From contig CALAEX010000066.1 of NCBI GenBank assembly GCA_937891165.1, forward strand, positions 1,242 through 65,241: a DNA stretch of 64,000 nt, in the 5' to 3' direction. Every line of letters starts with the position of its first letter. The stretch's first letter is position 1. Below, piece by piece: positions 18,341 through 26,400 of the stretch. A program made the translations under genes and the position numbers. Source of the DNA: an uncultured Lachnospiraceae bacterium. GTDB lineage: Bacteria > Bacillota > Clostridia > Lachnospirales > Lachnospiraceae. Under the pieces are notes generated by a model. That model was not told the DNA's origin. It saw only the letters and a program-made list of their open reading frames with translations, and did not search any database.

Positions 18341-18950
18341 AGAAATAGTCTCTTACTGTATTTTTAAAGATATTAACCATAACATCCGGTAAATTATGTT
18401 TTTTAGCATTAATTTCAACACCCTTTTCAAATGGTGTATCGGATACCAAACTACTAGCATAACAGTCACAGAAATATTCGAAGAAATCTACGATATTCAT
18501 ATCAGCAAGTCCATTTTCGAAATGCTCTGGATGATGACGGTTTACTTCATAATGATGAGATAAACATTCATCCATCATATCTTTTCTAATTTTATTATAT
18601 TCTGGCGTACCGTATTTCGCAGTTCTAAGAAGAGGAATAAATTTGTCATATCCTTCTTTCTCAGGTTTTTCTAACTTACTTTTGTCATGGTCATTCATTC
18701 TAACCTGCAATGCCTCAATTAAAGGAAGCATTACATTAAAAATATTATTTTTATGAATCATAGTATCTGAATATGAATCATAAGATTTTTCTTCTGGTAA
18801 ACTCATTGGTTTAGTTCCTCCTGTATATAAAATTGATTCTGGTTTATAATTACTTTCATCCCAAAAAGTAATTATTTGACCATTTACTATAGTTTTTGTT
18901 TTAATTAATTTTAAGGATTTCCCTATTCTATAATTTCTATCAATCTTCAA
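18339..18950 (-). CDS. hypothetical protein (HD/DUF5662-like histidine cluster)
   Basis: TTG start overlaps the upstream gene end. Contains HHYEVNRHHPEHF. Confidence 0.6.
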   Translation of the reverse strand: MKIDRNYRIGKSLKLIKTKTIVNGQIITFWDESNYKPESILYTGGTKPMSLPEEKSYDSYSDTMIHKNNIFNVMLPLIEALQVRMNDHDKSKLEKPEKEGYDKFIPLLRTAKYGTPEYNKIRKDMMDECLSHHYEVNRHHPEHFENGLADMNIVDFFEYFCDCYASSLVSDTPFEKGVEINAKKHNLPDVMVNIFKNTVRDYF

Positions 18951-19293
18951 AATTACCCACTTTCAATTTTTCAATATCATCTTTCATCTTTTGTAAATCA
19001 CTTAATTTCTTTTGATGATTTGTAAGTAATAATTGAACCGTTTCATGTTTCTTAACCATTTCTTTTATTGGTAAATACAATTGTTTGTATTTCTCTTCAC
19101 CAAATTCTCGTTTGATAAACTCAATAATGGTGTTAGTTTCGATAAATAAATTTATCACCATGCTTTCTAAAGCCAAATCTGTTTGGACTAAGTTTTTAAG
19201 ATTTTCCAATTCTTCCATTCGTTCATCCATTTCAGATTCAATTTCTTCCATCAATTTAGAATCAATATCTTTATTCTTACTAAATAAACCCAT
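18940..19293 (-). CDS. hypothetical coiled-coil protein
   Basis: AAAGGAG RBS and an ORF of 117 aa. Confidence 0.7.
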   Translation of the reverse strand: MGLFSKNKDIDSKLMEEIESEMDERMEELENLKNLVQTDLALESMVINLFIETNTIIEFIKREFGEEKYKQLYLPIKEMVKKHETVQLLLTNHQKKLSDLQKMKDDIEKLKVGNFED

Positions 19294-19350
19294 TAATTAT
19301 CTCCTTTCTTTATTTATAAACTTAACTATTAGTTAAAATCATAATAGAAA

Positions 19351-19797
19351 GTGATGATAATAATTATGAATAATGAACGATATTTTGCTATGTTTGATTT
19401 TATTCTTCATAAGAGAATCATTCCTCTTATTGCAGAAAAAGTGGATATACTATTTGAGACAGATAAATATTTTACGCATTATTATAAAGATGAATTCGAT
19501 TGTGGTGAGTATATAACAAGACCGATATTAGATTTGACTGAATTCGCCCTTCCTATATTGGCGATAGTTATTTATGAAGTAGACACAAAAGAATTTATCG
19601 ATAGATTTCATTCCGACATTATCCAAATAAATCCAATCAATTTCTTTGGATGGTTGAAAGAGTATATGATGGAAGAATATATTTTAGTGAAAGCCATGAA
19701 TAGAGATGGTATTATAATGACGTTTTGGGCTACAATAAACTTAGATTATCCTGCAATTGTGAGAGAAGGTTATGAATATATATTCGGAGATAAATAA
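19351..19797 (+). CDS. hypothetical protein
   Basis: ORF of 148 aa. The start may be the ATG at 19366. Confidence 0.65.
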   Translation: MMIIIMNNERYFAMFDFILHKRIIPLIAEKVDILFETDKYFTHYYKDEFDCGEYITRPILDLTEFALPILAIVIYEVDTKEFIDRFHSDIIQINPINFFGWLKEYMMEEYILVKAMNRDGIIMTFWATINLDYPAIVREGYEYIFGDK

Positions 19798-19799
19798 AT

Positions 19800-19827
19800 C
19801 CATTGGGAATTTGTATGTTCCCAATGG
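19800..19827. terminator. hairpin between convergent genes
   Basis: ccattgggaa-8 nt loop-ttcccaatgg. Confidence 0.55.
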
Positions 19828-19833
19828 ATGTTC

Positions 19834-20553
19834 TTATGCCCAGTAAGTAGATTTTCTTTCTAAATGGAAAATATCATCCCATTCTTTTAAGATTTCTTTT
19901 CTTTCATTTATAGAATCTGCCCAATCATCAATTTTTAAATTAATTCTTCCATGTGCAGTTTCTAATTCATTATAGTGTTTGATAATTCCATAGAGAGCTT
20001 TCTTACAATCAATAATTGCTAAGTTTTTAAATGTCTCTTCTTGAGACATTGGAATACTGGATAAATCTTTGTTGTGAAGTTTTGCATATTTACAAAACAT
20101 ACTTCCACCATAATAATGATACAGTCTTACTGTATTTGGAGAAAAGAATTCAAATGTTGGTTTTGGAAAAGCCATATTTGTTAAATCCGCTCCAATATTG
20201 GTGAATAATAAATCTCCTATCATGTTAGGGTTTGCTATTGGCATACCAGCACCATAATAACCAATTCCACTGATATCCGAAGCATCGTAATAAATATCTT
20301 CGATAAATACAATTTCTTGCCCTGGTGGAACTGATAATTTAATATCAGCATACTCTATATTTTGAATACCTTTTTCTATACTTGTATCAGAAATTCTAAT
20401 TGTTTCATACTGAGGAAAATATTGTGAATAGGTTCTTAATGTAGTTTCTTTAATCACTCTTGCTAATGTTCCATCAACATCGTCAAGAGGCAAAGCTACT
20501 GCATAGATACCCAATTCCATTTTTACGTTAAAGAGTAAATTAGATATATTCAT
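19834..20553 (-). CDS. hypothetical protein (239 aa), possibly structural
   Basis: Long ORF with an AGGGTAGG RBS. Confidence 0.7.
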   Translation of the reverse strand: MNISNLLFNVKMELGIYAVALPLDDVDGTLARVIKETTLRTYSQYFPQYETIRISDTSIEKGIQNIEYADIKLSVPPGQEIVFIEDIYYDASDISGIGYYGAGMPIANPNMIGDLLFTNIGADLTNMAFPKPTFEFFSPNTVRLYHYYGGSMFCKYAKLHNKDLSSIPMSQEETFKNLAIIDCKKALYGIIKHYNELETAHGRINLKIDDWADSINERKEILKEWDDIFHLERKSTYWA

Positions 20554-20702
20554 ACATTACACCTACCCTTTCTGTCATTACTAAAATGTTTTCTAGTGGT
20601 AAATATAATAAAGTATATAAAGAATAACGTTTTAGTAAGATGAAGTATATCTATAAAAATTCCAAAGCGTATCTTAATCTTTAAGCCAATGGTTTAAAAA
20701 GT

Positions 20703-20744
20703 GGACTAGCTACAAAAGTAGCTAGTCCTTCTTTCTTTTCTTTT
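20703..20744. terminator. bidirectional terminator
   Basis: ggactagctac-aaaa-gtagctagtcc with A-run and T-run on either side. Confidence 0.75.
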
Positions 20745-21168
20745 AATATACAAGATAAATTTCTAATGAGTTGCAATATGCAGATACTATATAGGCATTT
20801 GTTTCACTTCCACCTGGGCTTCCTAAATTATATGTAAATACACCTGTTGATGTATTATATGAATACGATGCTGTTGCATTGAATGTATATGTGGTAGTTT
20901 CGGTTAATGCATGAAAGTAACAAATATACATACTCAAATATGATTTTAATGGTCTGAATAAGAAATTATTTTTTGTAAGTGAAGAATAAATATTTGGGTA
21001 TGATGATTTTATATTTACAGTACCAGAATACTTACTTCCACTATATACTTTGACTATAGTAGCTCCACCACTACTAAAATTTAGTACTGTATCAGCACCT
21101 GCCTTATTTACGAAGTGTAGTTTACCATCACTACCTACATAGGTCTTTATTTTAGAAGTATCATCAAG
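20743..21168 (-). CDS. third KTYVGxDGKLHFVN-family paralog, lacking both leader element and start codon
   Basis: The frame is open from 21213 to 20743. ...DDTSKIKTYVGSDGKLHFVNKAGADTVLNFSSGG... is conserved with 16948-17268 and 21354-21827. The first canonical start (TTG at 20937) lies after the conserved module. Sits directly after a terminator. Confidence 0.45.
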   Translation of the reverse strand, partial: LDDTSKIKTYVGSDGKLHFVNKAGADTVLNFSSGGATIVKVYSGSKYSGTVNIKSSYPNIYSSLTKNNFLFRPLKSYLSMYICYFHALTETTTYTFNATASYSYNTSTGVFTYNLGSPGGSETNAYIVSAYCNSLEIYLVY

Positions 21169-21185
21169 ATATATATTATTATAGA

Positions 21186-21215
21186 TAAAAAAGAAACATC
21201 TGCTAAGATGTTTCT
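21186..21215 (-). terminator. intrinsic terminator of 21354-21827
   Basis: agaaacatct-gcta-agatgtttct, followed on the - strand by T6. Confidence 0.75.
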
Positions 21216-21353
21216 ATAAAACTTTACAACTTATTATAACCAATTATAAATTCTATCAATCTTCTCTATTAATAGGTTATAATATATGATTGAAAAAAGT
21301 CTATCCTATCAAAATATCACCACTAGGGTATTATACCCTAGTGGTTTAATATT

Positions 21354-21827
21354 TTAACCTACTTTTATTAGAAGTACCATACATAACAAACATCCACCAC
21401 AATTATCATTTGTATGTGGTTTTATAGTATCGTTTTTATTTACATTAAATTCTTTTATCACAAGATTAGTTCCATCTGCTCCATATTGACCCAATGCATC
21501 TGACGCATATATAGTACTATTATTTATAATAATTCCGTATTGTGAAACACTACCACTATATCTTTGATATTGGTCAACATATAATTTTAACCTCATATTA
21601 TTTTTAACAGTTAGTGTATATCCATCGCTTCCAAGTGTAAATAGTTCTGTGTTGTACTCTTTAGGTGGTTTGGAAGGATATAACCCATCTGCAGTTTTAG
21701 CATACCAAAATGATGCTATTTTATGTGCACTACTACCACTACTAAAATTTAGCGCTGTATCAGCACCTGCACTATTCACAAAATGTAATTTTCCATCAGT
21801 TCCTACATATGTTTTCACCTTACTCAC
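21354..21827 (-). CDS. small protein of the KTYVGxDGKLHFVN family, downstream of element copy E
   Basis: GTG start abuts the element. MSKVKTYVGTDGKLHFVNSAGAD... Confidence 0.7.
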   Translation of the reverse strand: MSKVKTYVGTDGKLHFVNSAGADTALNFSSGSSAHKIASFWYAKTADGLYPSKPPKEYNTELFTLGSDGYTLTVKNNMRLKLYVDQYQRYSGSVSQYGIIINNSTIYASDALGQYGADGTNLVIKEFNVNKNDTIKPHTNDNCGGCLLCMVLLIKVG

Positions 21828-21916
21828 GTTACTATTTAGCTTAATAAAAATTCTCTATCTCCCGATAAATACCGAGAGATAGAGAAAATTAATTGTGCTA
21901 AATTCAATCCCCCCCC
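21828..21916 (-). repeat. 85-nt rod-like conserved element, copy E (loop class ataaatac)
   Basis: Arms at 21851-21864 and 21873-21886, spacer at 21865-21872. C8 run at the high-coordinate end. Confidence 0.9.
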
Positions 21917-21949
21917 TGAAAAAATAACCGTAAAGTAGTTTCGCTTAAT

Positions 21950-21959
21950 GATATATAAT
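21950..21959 (+). promoter_or_regulatory. promoter-like motif variant GATATATAAT
   Basis: Same context as 7945-7954. Confidence 0.4.
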
Positions 21960-21985
21960 TTTTGTGAATCAAAGTAAATAAAAAA

Positions 21986-22055
21986 CTAAATAGTGCTCTG
22001 TAAATATAAATAATCGGAGGCGGAACTTGATAGAAGTTTGAAAAGACTATCAATA
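21986..22055 (+). promoter_or_regulatory. conserved two-hairpin 5' leader, copy 2 of 3
   Basis: gtgctctg (21993-22000) pairs with cggaggcgg (22015-22023); both C-to-T changes keep pairing as G:U. Second hairpin: ttgatag (22027-22033) with ctatcaa (22047-22053). Confidence 0.6.
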
Positions 22056-22083
22056 AAAATAAAAAAAGAAAGGCGGACTTTAT

Positions 22084-22602
22084 ATGGTCCGAGTGGTGAA
22101 TACCATGACAAAATTAGCAGAAATTAAAAATAACAAAATCGAAGCAACTGTGGACATGTTTATCGTTCCTAACTGTCCAGCTAGATTCTTGGAAGGATTT
22201 TCTTATGAAAATCCAGCTCCTGGTTATATGAATCTCAGAGATGATACCATCGATAGGATTGCAAAACTTAACGGTGTTGAAATCCATAAAGGAGAAAAAC
22301 TCATTCAAGTTTGGCTCACTTCCAAACTTGAATTGAGAAGCGAAAACCTAAATGACCATGGGTTTAGAGCTTTAAGTGAAAGTGGAGAGGAGGTTCATCT
22401 CCACTTTAACTGCCATAGTATACCGGCAACAATGTTGAACGGTAAAACTGAAGGTGAGGTGTTTGATATGAAAATCAAATGCTATGATAAAGAGAAAAAC
22501 GAGTATGAACTTTTGATGCATATTAGATGTAATCAGAGTGAATACCGTTATAGACGTTTCGGTAATTTCGAAAATGTGTTGGCAGAGTTGATTGAATGTT
22601 AA
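22084..22602 (+). CDS. hypothetical protein (172 aa)
   Basis: AAAGGCGGA RBS-like sequence and an intact ORF. Confidence 0.7.
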   Translation: MVRVVNTMTKLAEIKNNKIEATVDMFIVPNCPARFLEGFSYENPAPGYMNLRDDTIDRIAKLNGVEIHKGEKLIQVWLTSKLELRSENLNDHGFRALSESGEEVHLHFNCHSIPATMLNGKTEGEVFDMKIKCYDKEKNEYELLMHIRCNQSEYRYRRFGNFENVLAELIEC

Positions 22603-22605
22603 ATT

Positions 22606-22641
22606 GAAGAGTGAATCGAATGATTCACTCTTCTTTTTTTT
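22606..22641. terminator. terminator between convergent genes
   Basis: gaagagtgaatc-4 nt loop-gattcactcttc followed by T8. Confidence 0.8.
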
Positions 22642-23161
22642 AATTTCCCGTACTTCCAAATCCGCCATTTCTGATTCCATCAACATCATCATCTTCAGTA
22701 ATACCATACTCTAAGAAGATTCCCTGGATAAATCCATCACCTTCTTCTAAGTGTATATATTTACTTTCATTTGTATCATTGGTAATTTTAACAAAAATAT
22801 GACCTTCATTATCAGAATAGTAATAATCACTATCGATAATCCCTACCGTATTATTTAACTGGAGTCTAAATTTGAATCCGAGACCACTTCTTGGATATAA
22901 TTTAAGAACCCAATTTTCCTGCATCTTACATCTAATACCAGTTGGAATTTTTACTGTAACATTAGGTGCCATTGTCATTGTAAATGGAATAAAGAAATCA
23001 TATCCAGCACTTCCTTTTGTTGCACGTTTTGGAAGTTTAATACTGTCATAAATCTTTTTAATAGTTTCATCAGACCATTCTTTGTATGTAGGGTCAATAT
23101 CCCTAACTCCTTTATAAAACTCTTCAAAACTTACCTTCTCAAATTTTGCAATTCGTTTCAT
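22640..23161 (-). CDS. dut: dUTP diphosphatase (trimeric dUTPase)
   Basis: Motifs SAGYDFF, GIIDSDYYYSDNEG and RNGGFGSTGN. AAGGAGG RBS. Confidence 0.85.
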   Translation of the reverse strand: MKRIAKFEKVSFEEFYKGVRDIDPTYKEWSDETIKKIYDSIKLPKRATKGSAGYDFFIPFTMTMAPNVTVKIPTGIRCKMQENWVLKLYPRSGLGFKFRLQLNNTVGIIDSDYYYSDNEGHIFVKITNDTNESKYIHLEEGDGFIQGIFLEYGITEDDDVDGIRNGGFGSTGN

Positions 23162-23261
23162 TTTTTATCCTCCTTTTGTAAGTTACTCTTTTTGTTAATT
23201 TAATAATACTAATCGAAGATAGATATATTTTATTGATATATCATTCTTATGAATAAAGTAT

Positions 23262-23334
23262 GAAATATTAGATTAGGGGCAAATCGCAGGGTCCAACTCA
23301 CTCTGAATCGCGGGTTCGAATCCCGCATATTTTT
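23262..23334 (+). tRNA. tRNA-like gene with a non-canonical anticodon loop
   Basis: 7-bp acceptor stem (23262-68/23327-33), D arm gatt/aatc with a GGGG loop, T arm gcggg-TTCGAAT-cccgc (23310-26). The anticodon stem agggt/actct encloses CCAACTC, which has no U33 and a pyrimidine at position 37. No CCA is encoded. Confidence 0.5.
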
Positions 23335-23404
23335 TCCCTATTTTCAGTGAAAAACCGACCTGGAAACATTTTTGTAAGACTTCTAGATGAAAGGAAGTGA
23401 CAAA

Positions 23405-26400
23405 ATGGCGGGTAACGAAATCAAGGTTTCAAATACCTATAAGCAGAAAAACGGAGCTAAGCTAAATGCGCAATGGCTTAGAAACGCTACAAGATCATTA
23501 GGTTCGAACTCAATGTCTGTATTACAAGACATTAGCCCTAATATCTATAATGCTGCAGAAAGTGCAGTTGCTGTTACAAAAGCAATCCGTCGTACCAAAG
23601 TATCTTCTAATACTATAGCAAGAGCTATGGATAACAATAAGTATGTGAAGATGGGTAAGCGTGCTCTTAGTAACGCAATGAAAGATTTAAAAAGTGGAAA
23701 CTTCAATAATACAACACGAGGTAGTGGTGGTTCTGAAGATGTAGATACGACATATCATTTTGGTGATGATAGTGAATCTTCAGGTAGTGAAGGTCAAATC
23801 CACACAACGATAAACTTTAATCCAGAAGGGTTAAATAATATCAATAACTCAATTGTGCAACAAACAAAATACCAGATGCAAGCATCTCAGGCAAATATTG
23901 ATACTATGGTTGCAACATCGAGTGCAATGATGGCAATGAACCAGAGAAATGCAGAAGCATCTTTAAATATGTTAAATAATATTAATAATAGCTTACAGGC
24001 TATTATTAAATATAATAACGAAAATATGACAAAATTCATCACTTCTAGTATGACATACTATGAGATGATGGGTAAAGCATACACATCAACTGAAAAGAAA
24101 AGAGATGAAAAAATAACAGGAACGGATCTTGTTGATAAGAGGGGTAACTTATCCAAGGGTAAATTATCAGCGATATTAAAACAAAATCTAAAAGCTGCAT
24201 ATCAAGAATCTCAGCTTGGTGGTATGCTTGAAATGGTGGATAACTTCTCTGATGAAATCGTGAAGAATCCATTATCTTTTGTAACAAAACATCTGATTGA
24301 AAAATCTATTCCGAAAGCATTAAAAGAATCTACAAAGCAGTTAGATAAAACGTTTGGTAACTTTGTTACTGAAATGCTGCTTCGCACTTCTAAGAAACTT
24401 ATGGATAACCCTGGAGAACTTGGATTAAAAGGATTCCTCGGTAGAGTATTAAATATCGATGTAGAGCGTACAAAAGAGTTTAAATTTGCAGGTAAAATCA
24501 ATACCGATGCTGCTAAATTCGACAAAATAACGCATCATGCTATATCTGCAGAGATACCTAAATATCTTAGGGAAAGTACGGCATACTTGAGACAACTTGT
24601 TATGTTAAATGGAGGAGACCCCGAGAGAGCTCTTAAAGGTTCTCAAATATTTAACAGAGATACTGGTTCTTATGAACGTTACGGTGATTTTGGTAAATAC
24701 CTTTTAGGTTCTATCAATACTGCTGTAACTAGAAGTATGCGTGAATCCGATTTTGGTAAATCTTTAGATAAAGTTGGACGTAGTAATCTTGTAAAAGATA
24801 GCCAGAAAGATGCTTACGATAAATTATTAGACAACTTCTTTATTGCTTTAGAAAGAGAAGAAGGAAATGTTGACATCTCTAAACGTGGTGAAGATAGTGA
24901 TGTTTCTAGAATCATGGCTAGTTTGTCTGGAGATAAAGGATTAAAACGAATTCTAGAAGAATCTGTTTATGCTTCCTTTGCTAATGGACGTGCTGGTATG
25001 GGTGTTAACGCAGCAAGACTTCATGCAAAGTCTGCTCGTAATAAACGTATTTCTGAATTAGAAGAAACTAATTTAGCAGAATTATCTGGGCTGGTAAAAA
25101 CTGACCAGACGATTGATGATGCGTTAGCTTCTGTTCTTTATGGAACAGACGGCAAAACTACAAGAACTCAAAGTTACACTCCAACCTCTATGCTTGGTAG
25201 ACTATCTACCATCGAAAGATTATTGGATAGAGGTATCAACGTTCAAGTAGTTGGCAACGAAGGATTCGAATCTATTCATAAAGGTGTTCGAGGTCCTAAA
25301 ACTGATAGAAAAAATGACGCTACTCCAAGTAATCGTCCAACAGAAGGTGATGCTTCTGATATTTCAGCTGAAGATTTGGCTAAAGGTATTAATGATGCTA
25401 TGGGTGATGTAGCCTCTACTGATAATAGCGGTAAAGGAGGATTTATCATCAATGCTCAAAACCATATCGGTAATATTATGCATCACATCGTTCGTGGTGA
25501 TACTAGTGCTATTTATGCTGAAATGGGTGCTATGTTTGGTTCTGGACTTATGAGTCTTGGACAAAAAATGAACGATTCTGTTTTAACTCCAATGAAGAAA
25601 TTTATCTTTGGAGAAAAGGATGGAAAAGAATTCTCTATTACTGGTAAAGTAAAAGAGATGTTTGGTAATTTAAAATCCGATATGGCTGAGTTTGTTCTTG
25701 GACCTAAAGGAGAAGATGGAAAACGTGATGGAAAGAAAGCTACCGTTATGGGATTTTTACATGAAGGTATGGAATCCATGGCGAAATCTCTCTTTGGTGA
25801 AGAGAAATCTTTCGATGAGATTAAAGAACAGATTCGACAGAAAGTACAAAAAAATTCTGAAACTGGATTAAAAGGTGCAATCATTGGTGGTGGTCTTGGA
25901 CTTGCTAGTGGAGGTATATTAGGTACTTTAGTGGGTGGTCCTTTAACTGGAGCATTCCTCGGAACTGCTACAGCAATTGCTTCCAAATCAAAAGGATTCC
26001 AGAAATTCGTTTTTGGTAATGTGATTGATGATGAAGGTAATGTTGTTGAAAAGACTGGTAAAGGATTAATTTCGGATGCAACTCAGACTTTCTTTAAAGA
26101 CCATAAATCTGATATCGTAGGAGCTGCTGGTATTGGTGCTGTTGGAGGCATGTTAACTGGTGGTGGTTTACTTGGAACTATGGTTGGTGGTCCGCTTGCT
26201 GGAGCATTACTTGGTTCTGCAGTAGGAATTGCTAAGAATTCCAAAACATTCCAAAAGTTTGTATTTGGTGAAGAAGTTACTGATGAAAAAACTGGTCAAA
26301 AGAAAAAGATTGGTGGTATTTTAAGTGCCTTCAATAGAGCATTCAGTGATGCAAATCCACAGAACAAAAGACCAGGACGTGAATTAGTCGCTCGTGGTAC

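Noticed and set aside
5522-21886. The 14-bp inverted repeats flanking an 8-nt spacer resemble lox/FRT-type tyrosine-recombinase sites. Matching spacers in A/D and B/E could suggest heterospecific recombination pairs.
   Set aside because: No integrase or recombinase-like ORF is visible in the window. The single arm asymmetry is conserved in all copies in a way that gives G:U in a minus-strand RNA. Copies B and E share an additional ~60 nt of flank, so the matching spacers are better explained by duplication history. This cannot be excluded without the full genome.
5500-21916. The five repeated elements could be a CRISPR array or mini-array.
   Set aside because: The copies are 0.4-10 kb apart and separated by ordinary genes. 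They are about 85 nt long and there are no regularly sized spacers.
23262-23334. The tRNA-like gene could be a suppressor tRNA signalling stop-codon reassignment in late genes.
   Set aside because: The loop contains no CUA, UCA or UUA anticodon in a canonical context. Long ORFs such as the 2950-aa gene are intact under the standard code. The in-frame TAG inside the 85-nt element is the only recurrent in-frame stop.
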